The notes beneath the pieces were generated by a model. The model made no database searches. It was not told where the DNA came from and saw only the letters and a list, made by a program, of their open reading frames with translations. A program made the translations under genes and the position numbers. From positions 1 to 36,018 of IMG/VR virus record IMGVR_UViG_3300048080_000098: DNA of 36,018 nt; one strand, 5' to 3'. The stretch comes from a virus. Its lineage: Duplodnaviria; Caudoviricetes. Shown one piece after another: positions 18,682 to 27,969 of the stretch (positions within the stretch are counted from its first letter, which is position 1; each line of letters starts with the position of its first letter).

Positions 18682-19242
18682 ATGGCTGCACAAGACGTAG
18701 CACTGAAGCACGGGAAGTTCTATGACGCCGCTATCGACGCGCGCCTGTTCCACGCGGCGACGGCTGCGGCGGGCGTCGCGCCTGGCACCGCCATCGGCAC
18801 GACCGCCGCGTTCTCGTTGCACAACCCGTTCGGGTCGGGCGTTGACATCGCCATCGTGATCGCAGCGGCAGGCTACATCTCAGGCACGCTGGGCGCGGGC
18901 ACGATCTGGCACCTGGTCAACGACGATCCCGCCGCCGCCGCCCCGACCGGCACCGCGATTGCGGAACTTACTGGTCGGTTGACTGGCACCGCTCCGAAGG
19001 GAGTGGCGCTCACGACCGCCACGCTCGCTGCCACCCCGAAGATCATCCGTCCGTTTGGCTCGCTGCAAGCGTCGCTTGCCTCGACAGCGGTCGCGCCGTG
19101 GCAGTTGTACGAGGAAGTCGGCGGGGGGATCGTCCTGCCGCCTGGCTGCACCTACTCGCTGCACTCGACGGCTGCGGCCGGTACCACCCCGCTCGTCGCC
19201 TTCGGCGTGAGTTGGGAAGAGATCACAATCGGCGCTGACTAG
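18682..19242 (+). CDS. Putative virion protein
   Basis: AGGAGG SD; Ala/Thr/Gly-rich. Confidence 0.7.
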   Translation: MAAQDVALKHGKFYDAAIDARLFHAATAAAGVAPGTAIGTTAAFSLHNPFGSGVDIAIVIAAAGYISGTLGAGTIWHLVNDDPAAAAPTGTAIAELTGRLTGTAPKGVALTTATLAATPKIIRPFGSLQASLASTAVAPWQLYEEVGGGIVLPPGCTYSLHSTAAAGTTPLVAFGVSWEEITIGAD

Positions 19243-19263
19243 CCGACTGTCACGGAGGACGCT

Positions 19264-19584
19264 ATGGCACTGAACATCGAAGAGCTACGCAAGCCGCGCG
19301 ATGGCGCGATGTACGTCTCGCCGGAACGTCTCTGTCTCACGGCTGACGGCGAACTGTGCTCAGAGGACGACCCGAAGGCGGTCAAGCTGCTTGTTGGCAA
19401 GGGCGGGGAAATCTCGACCGCCGACGCCACGAAGTACGGCCTGATCGCCGACAGTGAGCCACAGGCTGCTGCTACGCCCGTAGAAGCGCCAGAGGCGACG
19501 GAAGAGCCCAGCGAGGCCGAGACACTGGCCAGCGAGCCCGAAGAGGAGACGGCGGCTGCCGAGAAGCGCAGCCGCCGGAGATAG
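19264..19584 (+). CDS. Hypothetical head-associated protein with acidic tail
   Basis: GGAGG SD; position in the head module. Confidence 0.7.
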   Translation: MALNIEELRKPRDGAMYVSPERLCLTADGELCSEDDPKAVKLLVGKGGEISTADATKYGLIADSEPQAAATPVEAPEATEEPSEAETLASEPEEETAAAEKRSRRR

Positions 19585-19593
19585 GCCGCTCGG

Positions 19594-19986
19594 ATGCCGG
19601 CGCCCGCGCTCAGCGTCAAGATCATCGGTCTCGACAAGTGGGAGCGTCGCCTAAAAGGGCTGCCCGCGAAGATCGAGAACAAGTGTCTGCGGAAGGCGCT
19701 CCGCGTCACGGCGAACAAAGCCAAGGCGCGCATCAAGCCAGCGACACCAACATTGACCGGCGCAGCCCGGCGCAGCCTCAAGGTGAGCGTTCGCGTCGGA
19801 CGCGGGCGAGCTCTTGCCAAGGTCGCCTACAAGGGCAAGCCCAGCTTCTACATGCGGCTCTACGACCAGGGCAGCAAGCGCCAACGCGCGCGGCCCTACT
19901 ACAAGGCTGCGACGGCGGGACTCCAGGCCGAGATGGAGACTGAGTTCTTGACCGCGCTCAAGGAAGCCGTGGAGGCGAACGCCTAG
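19594..19986 (+). CDS. HK97 gp10-like tail completion protein
   Basis: P..TG..RRS, G...Q.ARPY..AA; basic. Confidence 0.8.
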   Translation: MPAPALSVKIIGLDKWERRLKGLPAKIENKCLRKALRVTANKAKARIKPATPTLTGAARRSLKVSVRVGRGRALAKVAYKGKPSFYMRLYDQGSKRQRARPYYKAATAGLQAEMETEFLTALKEAVEANA

Positions 19987-19987
19987 C

Positions 19988-20839
19988 GTGGCTAAGAATC
20001 TTTACGCCGACGTGGTCGCCTTCCGGCGCTACTTCATGCACGAGAGCGCGCTTGATACCGGCGATGCTGCTGAGGTCGAGCGCGTGCTGGAAGGGGCATC
20101 GCGCCGCGTCGAAGGGCACATCCTGCGCCACGTCTTCAGCGAGACCAAGACGGTCGTGCTAGACGGGAGCGGTTGCCGCACGCTCCGAATCCCTGATCTG
20201 TTGAGCGCGACTTCGATCAAGCTCGACGAGGACGGCAACCGCACGTTCGAGCTTGTGCTGGACGCTGCGACCGACTACTACCTGACGCGCGATGGCTACG
20301 AGGACGAGAGTGCCCTACCAGCGACGATGCTTGTGTTGGATGCCATCAATGGGCAGCGCTCGGCCTTCTCATGCCAACGGCGTCTCGTGGAGATCGTGGG
20401 GCGCTTCGGCTTCACCGAGCTCACGGAGACTGTCGAAGCGTCAGGTACCGCAATCACCGGTACGCTGGCCGACGCTGTCGATCTCACGCTTGCCGTGAGC
20501 GCCGCTGCTGACCTCGCCATCGGTCAGACGCTCAAGCTGGAGAACGAGCAGGTCTACATCTCCGGCGGCTCCGCGTCGCCGTTCACCGTGGTGCGCGGCG
20601 TGAATGGGACGACCGCAGCCGGGCACGCCGCCGTCGCCGTGAACCGCTACGTCTACCCGCCGGAGATCCGCCAGGCGACGATGATTCTCGCTGGCCGGAC
20701 GTGGGCGCGGCGTGAGTCGGCCTACTCGAATGCGATCTCCAACCCTGTCATCGGGCAGGTCGAGGTCTGGCGGGCCATAGACCCGGATGTGATGGCCTTG
20801 CTCGCGCCTTTTGTGCGCGGAGATCGGCTGGTGGCCTAG
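19988..20839 (+). CDS. Head-tail adaptor (gp6/gp15-like) with inserted beta domain
   Basis: LEGASRRVE, P.EIRQAT, DPDV.ALL.PF. Confidence 0.8.
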   Translation: MAKNLYADVVAFRRYFMHESALDTGDAAEVERVLEGASRRVEGHILRHVFSETKTVVLDGSGCRTLRIPDLLSATSIKLDEDGNRTFELVLDAATDYYLTRDGYEDESALPATMLVLDAINGQRSAFSCQRRLVEIVGRFGFTELTETVEASGTAITGTLADAVDLTLAVSAAADLAIGQTLKLENEQVYISGGSASPFTVVRGVNGTTAAGHAAVAVNRYVYPPEIRQATMILAGRTWARRESAYSNAISNPVIGQVEVWRAIDPDVMALLAPFVRGDRLVA

Positions 20840-21186
20840 TGGACCCGCTGCGCTCCTGTCACTGGACGTTCGACGGCATCGCTTCCGAGCGTCCGGGCGA
20901 GTACCAGCTCCGGCTCCTGATCAAGGAGCTGGTGCGAGAGATCGGCATGACGCCGATCACGCCGGAGCCCATGATCGTTATCGAGGGCCAGAACTGGCAG
21001 GCGTTCCAGGTGATCGCCGAGAGCCACATCAGCATCGAAGGCAAGGGAGACGCGGTGTACTGCGACATCTTCTCCTGCAAGCCCTTCGACGCGGTACGCG
21101 CTCACGCCGTCCTGAACGAGCATTTGCGTGTCGAGCGCTGGGAGGTCGCCGAGATCAAGCGCGGCACGCGGGAGCCGGTGGCATGA
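20839..21186 (+). CDS. speD: Pyruvoyl-dependent S-adenosylmethionine decarboxylase proenzyme homolog
   Basis: IGMT, VIAESHISI (E-S cleavage site), DIFSCKPFD, terminal I.RG. Confidence 0.85.
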   Translation: MDPLRSCHWTFDGIASERPGEYQLRLLIKELVREIGMTPITPEPMIVIEGQNWQAFQVIAESHISIEGKGDAVYCDIFSCKPFDAVRAHAVLNEHLRVERWEVAEIKRGTREPVA

Positions 21187-21641
21187 GCGACCTACAGGAG
21201 ATCATCGACAAGATTGTCGTCATCCAGGCGGCCATCACGCCGCCTACTGGCGAGAAAGACGTGACCGCCTACGACGAACCGCCGACGTCCGTTCTGCCGT
21301 TCCCGTGCTTCATCAACGCGGAGACGAGCGCGGAAGAGATCGGCGTCTGGAACACGAGCGGTCGCACGATCCCCTACCTGATCGACATGCACCTGGTCTT
21401 CGCCCAGGCCGACCAGCAGTACAGCGTCCGGTCCCGCCGGGCATGGGTGATCCCCGTGCTCGACGCGTTCGGGCACGATTACACGCTGTCGGGTGCTGCG
21501 GGCGTGCAGAAGGCGTTCATCGAGACTATCGAGTTTCACGACAAGCAGAATGGCTATCTGGCCGTTGGCGAGAAGGACTACATCGCGGCGACGTTCAAGC
21601 TCCGCGTCATCGTCGAGGAGGCATTCGATTGGAGCCCCTAA
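21183..21641 (+). CDS. Putative tail terminator protein
   Basis: ATGA overlap; position before the tail tube; P...P and D.TLSG pattern. Confidence 0.65.
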   Translation: MSDLQEIIDKIVVIQAAITPPTGEKDVTAYDEPPTSVLPFPCFINAETSAEEIGVWNTSGRTIPYLIDMHLVFAQADQQYSVRSRRAWVIPVLDAFGHDYTLSGAAGVQKAFIETIEFHDKQNGYLAVGEKDYIAATFKLRVIVEEAFDWSP

Positions 21642-21660
21642 GCATCTTGGAGGTGCGCTG

Positions 21661-21939
21661 ATGCGCAAGTTCATCGGACGTGAAGGTTATCAGACGCCGC
21701 CGGACGTGCCGGCACGCGATCTCACCGAGGAAGAGTGGTCGCTGTACACGCAGCCGCTCTACCGGCGCGATGGCGCGGGCGAGATCGAGAAGGACGCCGA
21801 AGGCAACCCGATCTCTAGGCGCACGCCGCTGATCGTCGAAGGCGACCCGAGCGCCGCGTTCTGGGAGAAGGCGCCCGACCCGAAGCCGGAACGCACACCG
21901 CCGACGCCACCGGCGCAAGACGCAGAGAAGGAGGGCTAG
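21661..21939 (+). CDS. Hypothetical protein (VPARDLTEEE motif)
   Basis: GGAGG SD. Confidence 0.7.
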   Translation: MRKFIGREGYQTPPDVPARDLTEEEWSLYTQPLYRRDGAGEIEKDAEGNPISRRTPLIVEGDPSAAFWEKAPDPKPERTPPTPPAQDAEKEG

Positions 21940-21942
21940 GCC

Positions 21943-22965
21943 ATGCCTAAAGGTACGATCTTCATGGCCCGGAAGGTTCAACTAGGGAAGGAATCTACGA
22001 AAGGCACATCAGTACCCGCCACCGAGCTGATGCTCGCCGAGGCCGAGCTTGATCTCTCGGGCTACGAAATCTTCCGCAACGCGCACCCGTTCGGCGTGAT
22101 GGTCGAGAACGCGGGACCGACCGCGCTGCTCAAGGAAGGTGTGGGCGTCAGGCTGCGCTCGGACGGCATCAGCTACGAACAGCTCCCCTGGTACTGGTCG
22201 CTTTTCCTCGACGTGGCGACAACCGCGGGCGCGGGGCCGTTCACGCACACCTACGACCCTGGCATCTCGGCGGCATGGGCGCCAGACGCGGCCACGCTCG
22301 AAGGACGCTGGACGGACGGCGCGACCAACGAAGACATAGAGGTCGCCTACGTCATGCTCAGCTCGCTCCGGCTCAGGGGCGAAGGGCGCGGCCAGATTGA
22401 GGCGGAGGGCGAGGGCTTCGGCCGGCGGCTAGTCGATGTGGCGATCACATCGCTCACGCTGCCCACGACCATCGAGCCGATCCGCATGGCTGACCTCAAG
22501 GTCTACGTCAACGATACGTTCGCGCTCGCCGACGTCGACGCCCCGGTAGCCGGCATCCTCACCAATCAGGTCGAGAGCTTCGAGTTGGAGATGGCGAACG
22601 GCGTCTTCCCGTGGTGGGGCGCGGATGGCAACCTGTACTTCTCCGAGCACAAGGAGTCGGGCGCGAAGGGCTTCACGCTCCGGCTCAGCGGTCACTACGA
22701 CTCGACCGCGGGCTCCGGCATGGGGGCGTTCGAGCGCACCAAGGCCGCGGCGCGAACGCTCCGCTACGTCACGCTGGCGTTCACCGGTTCGTCCGGGCGC
22801 ATCGTGCGCATCGTCCTCGGCTGCCAGCACGAGAACGGCGAGTTCATGCCAGGCGGTCAGTCCGAGGGCATGGACACCGTGGAGCTCAACATGGTGGCGC
22901 AGACGGACGGCTCGGCGAAGATCGCCAAGGTCGTCGTCACGAACAACGAAGCGGCGGCGCTGTAG
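21943..22965 (+). CDS. Major tail tube protein
   Basis: VQLGKEST.GT.V, FTHTY; size and position before the chaperones. Confidence 0.8.
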   Translation: MPKGTIFMARKVQLGKESTKGTSVPATELMLAEAELDLSGYEIFRNAHPFGVMVENAGPTALLKEGVGVRLRSDGISYEQLPWYWSLFLDVATTAGAGPFTHTYDPGISAAWAPDAATLEGRWTDGATNEDIEVAYVMLSSLRLRGEGRGQIEAEGEGFGRRLVDVAITSLTLPTTIEPIRMADLKVYVNDTFALADVDAPVAGILTNQVESFELEMANGVFPWWGADGNLYFSEHKESGAKGFTLRLSGHYDSTAGSGMGAFERTKAAARTLRYVTLAFTGSSGRIVRIVLGCQHENGEFMPGGQSEGMDTVELNMVAQTDGSAKIAKVVVTNNEAAAL

Positions 22966-23019
22966 GGGCGCGTGAGCCGACAGCTTGCCCGCCGCAACAG
23001 CAGAAAGGAGCGTAGGCGC

Positions 23020-23520
23020 ATGGCACTGGTACACCGCCTCAAGCTCGTCGAGCGCGAGGTGCCGCACGAGCCTGGCAACTTCTTCGCCTTCCGGCGTCTG
23101 TCGGGCGACGAGTGGGACGAAGCGACAGCGCAAAGCACCGAAGCCGCGCTCGAAGCCGCCGAGGTAGCGCAGAAGCTCCAGAAGATGATCGAGGGCTTGA
23201 GCGCCCAAGAGAAGGCGGAGATTGACGCGGCTCAGGCTGCGCCGACCGACGCGCAGAGGCTCAGTCAGAACAACGCCAGCCCGCGCCTGCTCGTGAAATA
23301 CGGCCTGGTCGAATGGCGCGGGCCGAACTACACGGACGTTCCCTGCAACGAGACAGAGAAGGCCGACCTCGACCCCGCCTCGCGCGATTGGGCAGCGGTG
23401 CAAGTCCTGGAGCTGTGCACCATGTCAGAGGGGGAATCCAGCGGCTCCGTGGCCTCTTCCGTAAATGGGGCGACGGAGCCGGAGCCGTCGGCCTTGGCGA
23501 CAAGTGGCTCGCTGTCGTAG
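23020..23520 (+). CDS. Tail assembly chaperone (G-like)
   Basis: AAGGAG SD before ATG 23020; slippery GGGGGAA at 23430-23436. Confidence 0.8.
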   Translation: MALVHRLKLVEREVPHEPGNFFAFRRLSGDEWDEATAQSTEAALEAAEVAQKLQKMIEGLSAQEKAEIDAAQAAPTDAQRLSQNNASPRLLVKYGLVEWRGPNYTDVPCNETEKADLDPASRDWAAVQVLELCTMSEGESSGSVASSVNGATEPEPSALATSGSLS

Positions 23521-23669
23521 AGGCGGCTGAGCTGCAAGCGGCGGAGGTGCGCCCGACGCTCGGCGAATGGGGCGCGCTCCCGAACACGGTTAGGCAGGCG
23601 ATGCCGCTGGTGCGCTTGTGGAGCGCGGAGCTGGAGAAGGAAGCGATTGATCGTGAGGCTAGACGCTAG
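23430..23669 (+). CDS. -1 frameshift extension of the tail assembly chaperone (T-like)
   Basis: The -1 frame is open from the slippery site to TAG 23669. Confidence 0.75.
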   Translation, partial: GGIQRLRGLFRKWGDGAGAVGLGDKWLAVVEAAELQAAEVRPTLGEWGALPNTVRQAMPLVRLWSAELEKEAIDREARR

Positions 23670-23844
23670 GAACGGTGGCCGCCTTTCGGAACACGAGTAC
23701 ATGGCGTCTGCCGAAGAAGCCAAGGAACCCGCCGCCCGTCTCCTGGTAGGCGGTGACGAGTTCCCAGCCGTCGGCGGCGCGCTTCGTGATCTCCTTCTGC
23801 ATTCCGGTCATGCCGTTCGCTCCCATGACGTGATACTCGAACAT
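23659..23844 (-). CDS. DUF4177-like small protein (moron)
   Basis: FEY.V...GWELV...LVFRK; AAGGAGG SD and TGCTAGAAT extended -10 on the minus strand. Confidence 0.75.
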   Translation of the reverse strand: MFEYHVMGANGMTGMQKEITKRAADGWELVTAYQETGGGFLGFFGRRHVLVFRKAATVPSV

Positions 23845-23895
23845 GTACAGCCTCCTTCTGGCGGGGAGCATATTCTAGCACGGGAGTCAAGGTAG

Positions 23896-25878
23896 ATGGC
23901 TTCCAGCGTCGATCTTACTGCCATCATCAAGGCCCGCGATCAGACCAAGGGTGCCTTTAGCAGCGCGAGCAAAGGCGCTGGCGGTCTCGGTAAGCAGTTT
24001 GCTGGCCTGGCGCTCGCCGCTGGTGGCGCTGTCGCCGCGTTCGTCTCGTTCAAGCAGCTTTCCGGTGCGGTCAATACCACGCAGGAACTCGGCAAGGAAG
24101 TAGCCAAGCTCTCGCGCGAGACCGGCCTCACCAGCAAAGAATCATCACATCTTGTCTTCGCCCTAAAGCAGGTGGGCATGGATGGCGACACGGCTGGTAA
24201 GGCGCTCGGCATTTTCGCCAAGAAGGTGAAGGGGCTCGGCGACGCACATCGAGCAGGAACGACCAGCGGCAAGGCGTTCGCCGAGCTGCTCAAGGACGTA
24301 GGAGTTCAAGCACTCAACGCCGACGGAAGTATCCAGCCCGTCTCGAAGCTCCTGCCGCAGCTCGCGGACAAGTTCTCCAAGATGCCCGACGGCCTGACCA
24401 AGTCGGCGCTAGCGATGCAGCTCTTCGGGAAGTCCGGCAAGGACATGACGAAGCTACTCAACCTTGGCAGCGATGGCCTGCAAGAGATGTCGGACATGGC
24501 CGACAAGCTCGGCGTCACACTCACGGCCAAGAACATTGGTCAGATTAGCGCGTACACGAAGGCGCAGCGCGCCATGAAGCAGGCCATCACGGGCGTGAAG
24601 CTCCAGATCGGCCTCGCGTTGATGCCTGCGCTCACGCATCTGATGCAGCTCTTTATCAAGCACCAGCCGGAAATACGTGCCTACGTCGCGCAGCTTATTC
24701 AGATGGCGCAGGCGTTCCTTGTGAAGGCGGCTCCGGCGATCAAGTTCTTTGCCGACAACTTCAAGACGGGACTGACGACGATCCGGCCCGTGTTCGAGTA
24801 CATCGCCAAGCACAAACCGCTGCTGATCGCTGCCATCGTCGCCATCGGCGCGGCGATCGTGCTGGCTCTCGGTCCCGTCTCGACAGCGTTTATCGCCATC
24901 GGTGCGCTGATCTTCCTGATCGGTTTCTTCCGCAATCACTGGAAGGACGTGCGAGACAAGATCGTTGCCATCGTCCACGACCTACGCGACAAGCTGAAGA
25001 ACACCTTCAAAGACCTGAAGACGTGGCTTGCGAAGAACTGGAAGGAGATCGTCCTCGCGGCCCTGACGATCCTGTTCCCGCCGGGCGCTGGGCTGTTCGC
25101 GCTCGTGACGAACGCGCATGGCGTGCGGGACAAGGTGGTGAACGCCTTCACGTCCATCCCTGGCAAGCTGCTCTTGCTCGTGAAAAAGTTCTTCGATGCG
25201 GCGAAGGGGCTGGGGAATGCGATCAAGAACGGCCTACTCTCTGGCCTCAAAGCGGCGGGCGGCATGGTGGCGAGCCTAGCTACCGAAGTGTTCAATGCCC
25301 TCAAGGCCGTGATCAACATTGGCATCCAGAAGATCAACGACATCATCCCGAACGATATCGGTTTCAACGTTGGCCCGAAGCACTTCGGCATCGACATACC
25401 TGACAACCCGATCCCCAGCCTGGCGAAGGGCGCGGCCTCCGTACCCAAGAACATGCTCGCCATGCTGCACCGAGGCGAGATGGTGATCCCGCAGAAGATC
25501 GCCGAAGTCATGCGCCGGATGGCGAAGATGCGCGGCGCGGGCTTCAGCAAGGGCGAGGTTGCGAGCGAACTGGGGCCGCTCCTCATGCACCTCAAGCGAC
25601 AGATGCTTGCCATCCGCCAGAAAATCCTACGAGAACAGCAGCGCCTCCGCCGTGACGAGCTGATGTCGAAGCACCCTCCGACGCTCCTGCCGCATCCCTC
25701 GAAGATTCTCGTACCTGCCCCCGTGGCCGCTCCAGCCTTCGCGGGTGGCGGCGGCGGAGGAGCTGGCGTTTGTGTCGAGATGCACTTCCACGGGCCATTC
25801 CTGGGCGATGAGTTCATGGCGCACAAGGTCGCCCGGATCATCGAGCAGCGCCTTCGCAAGGTCGGGAGGCTGGGCTAG
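23896..25878 (+). CDS. Tape measure protein
   Basis: I.ARD.T..AF N-terminus, AMQLFGKSG, helical Ala/Lys-rich body, LH.GE.VIP. Confidence 0.92.
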   Translation: MASSVDLTAIIKARDQTKGAFSSASKGAGGLGKQFAGLALAAGGAVAAFVSFKQLSGAVNTTQELGKEVAKLSRETGLTSKESSHLVFALKQVGMDGDTAGKALGIFAKKVKGLGDAHRAGTTSGKAFAELLKDVGVQALNADGSIQPVSKLLPQLADKFSKMPDGLTKSALAMQLFGKSGKDMTKLLNLGSDGLQEMSDMADKLGVTLTAKNIGQISAYTKAQRAMKQAITGVKLQIGLALMPALTHLMQLFIKHQPEIRAYVAQLIQMAQAFLVKAAPAIKFFADNFKTGLTTIRPVFEYIAKHKPLLIAAIVAIGAAIVLALGPVSTAFIAIGALIFLIGFFRNHWKDVRDKIVAIVHDLRDKLKNTFKDLKTWLAKNWKEIVLAALTILFPPGAGLFALVTNAHGVRDKVVNAFTSIPGKLLLLVKKFFDAAKGLGNAIKNGLLSGLKAAGGMVASLATEVFNALKAVINIGIQKINDIIPNDIGFNVGPKHFGIDIPDNPIPSLAKGAASVPKNMLAMLHRGEMVIPQKIAEVMRRMAKMRGAGFSKGEVASELGPLLMHLKRQMLAIRQKILREQQRLRRDELMSKHPPTLLPHPSKILVPAPVAAPAFAGGGGGGAGVCVEMHFHGPFLGDEFMAHKVARIIEQRLRKVGRLG

Positions 25879-27440
25879 TGGCGCTCCCGACGCTGGTCGT
25901 CGAGGCGGACTGGGACAACTCTGGCACCTTCGATGGTGGCGTCGAGGACATCACCGCTGACGTTGAGCGCATCCGCATCGCGCGCGGGCGCCAAGGGCCG
26001 CTCGGCATCGCTTCTCCGATGACATGCGAGCTTGTTCTCGCGAACGACGATATCCGCTATTCGCCGGAGAACGGCAGTAGCCCGCTCGCCCCGAACGTGA
26101 AGCCACGCCGCAAGGTGCGCGTCCGCACCACGGCACCGTTCGCTAAGACGCTCTTCACCGGCCGCCTCGACACTATCAGCGTCGAGGCGGCGCTGGACGC
26201 GCGTAAGGCGAACCTGAACTGCGCCGACGAAATGGCGTTCCTGCTCCGCGAACAGGGTGCGATCTATACGCTGCCCACTGGCGACCCCGTGGGCTACCTC
26301 GAGCCGGACGCTGCGGGCATCGGCCCGCTCACGGGCGACGCGGTGATCGCGGTGCTGGACGCGGCAGGCTGGCCCGCCGGCGGGGCGAACCGCGTCCTGG
26401 ACGTGGGCATTTCCGAGCTGGACACCTACTGGGCGGCGGGCGTTGATCCGCTCTCAGCGCTCTCAGCGCTGGTGGACGAAGATCTCGGCTTCGCCTACGT
26501 GCGGGGCGACGGGGCGTTCGTCTTCGAGGATCGCAGCCACCGCCATGAGAGCGACCACCTGACCGTACAGGCGACATATAGCGACCTGCCGAGCGCTGCA
26601 CTCCACTACGACGATCTGGAGACCTACGACTACAACCTGGAGAGCATCTACAACCTCGTCCGGGCGCAGGCGCGGCCACGCAAGAGCACCGCCGGCGTCA
26701 CGATCTGGCGGTTGCCCATCCCCGCCGACTCCGCTGGTACGCCGAACCCGCCGCGCATCCCGCCCGGCGGCTCCGAGACGTTTATCGCCACGTGGGACAA
26801 CCCGGCGAGCGGGACGTTCGGAGTGGGCTTCACGGCGAACGGCAACCCTGGTGGCTACGGCCCCGACCTCACTTCGCAGGTAGCATTGGTCGAGGGCACG
26901 AAATCCGTCACGCGCTGGCCGAATACGCTCACGAACAACTCCACGCAGGACGCCTACATTACGGCGCTCGCGGTGACGGCGCGGGTCCGCCAGCCCATCG
27001 ATGAGCCATCAGAGCAGGTTGCCCTCGATGCCAGCTCGCAGACGAGCTACGGCCCGCGCGAGTTCCCCCACGGGCCGCAGTTCATCGGCAAGACGCAGCA
27101 GGCGAAGAACTGGGCGAACTACGCGCTGATCATGTACAAGCAGCCGACGACGATGCTCACGCTCGGCTTCGGACCCTACAACGACACGGTGCTGACCGAG
27201 ATGCTGACACGGGAGCTGTCTGACCGCGTGTTCATCCGCAATACGGAACTCTTCGGCGCGGGCCAGGACAAGACCTATTTCGTCGAGGGCATCGCGCACG
27301 AGTACATCTGCGGCGAGAGCGGGCCGAAGGAATGGCGCACGTACCTGACGCTCTCCTACTTCGACAATGCGACCGTCTTCTGGAATCTGGGCACGACGAA
27401 TCGAGGCGAGCTTGGGCTCGTGACTCGGCTGTTTGGATAG
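25878..27440 (+). CDS. Minor tail / baseplate hub protein
   Basis: DIT..V..I.I.RGR, L.N.D.RYSP.N..SP; follows the tape measure. Confidence 0.8.
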   Translation: MALPTLVVEADWDNSGTFDGGVEDITADVERIRIARGRQGPLGIASPMTCELVLANDDIRYSPENGSSPLAPNVKPRRKVRVRTTAPFAKTLFTGRLDTISVEAALDARKANLNCADEMAFLLREQGAIYTLPTGDPVGYLEPDAAGIGPLTGDAVIAVLDAAGWPAGGANRVLDVGISELDTYWAAGVDPLSALSALVDEDLGFAYVRGDGAFVFEDRSHRHESDHLTVQATYSDLPSAALHYDDLETYDYNLESIYNLVRAQARPRKSTAGVTIWRLPIPADSAGTPNPPRIPPGGSETFIATWDNPASGTFGVGFTANGNPGGYGPDLTSQVALVEGTKSVTRWPNTLTNNSTQDAYITALAVTARVRQPIDEPSEQVALDASSQTSYGPREFPHGPQFIGKTQQAKNWANYALIMYKQPTTMLTLGFGPYNDTVLTEMLTRELSDRVFIRNTELFGAGQDKTYFVEGIAHEYICGESGPKEWRTYLTLSYFDNATVFWNLGTTNRGELGLVTRLFG

Positions 27441-27447
27441 GTGAGAG

Positions 27448-27969
27448 ATGGCATACGTCAACCCGACTGATCAGACCACCGGATATCTGGTACCGGCGGT
27501 CGATTACAACCTGAACAACGACAACATCCGCTTCTTGCGAACGCCGCCGCAGGCCCGCGTCTACCACAACGCGAACCAGAGCATCACTACCGCCGTCGAG
27601 ACGGCGCTCGCGCTCAACAGCGAGCGTTTCGACAACGACGTGATCCACGACACGGTGACAAATAACAGCCGCCTTACCTGCAAGACGGCGGGCAAGTATG
27701 CCATCGGCGGGCATATCGAATGGGCGGTGAACGCGACGGGTACGCGCCTGGCGCGCATCCGGCTCAATGGCGCGACGTTCATCGCATCCAGCGACGGCCC
27801 TGTGGCGGGGCATGGCACCTACAACATCCGTAACAACGTCATGACGCTCTACGATCTTGCTGTGAACGATTACGTTGAGCTGATGGCCTTCCAGGATTCA
27901 GGCGCGGGCCTGAACGTCTTGGTCACGGGCAACCTCTCTCCCGAGTTCTGGATGCAGTTGGTCGGCTAG
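27448..27969 (+). CDS. Minor tail protein with C1q/TNF-like beta domain
   Basis: SRLTC.TAG.Y, L.VNDYVEL...Q.SG. Confidence 0.7.
   Translation: MAYVNPTDQTTGYLVPAVDYNLNNDNIRFLRTPPQARVYHNANQSITTAVETALALNSERFDNDVIHDTVTNNSRLTCKTAGKYAIGGHIEWAVNATGTRLARIRLNGATFIASSDGPVAGHGTYNIRNNVMTLYDLAVNDYVELMAFQDSGAGLNVLVTGNLSPEFWMQLVG

Noticed and set aside
11397-25859. Long minus-strand ORFs opposite structural genes (e.g. 22429..23403, 24936..25859, 16912..17688)
   Set aside because: Shadow ORFs expected in high-GC coding DNA, with no motifs or SD.
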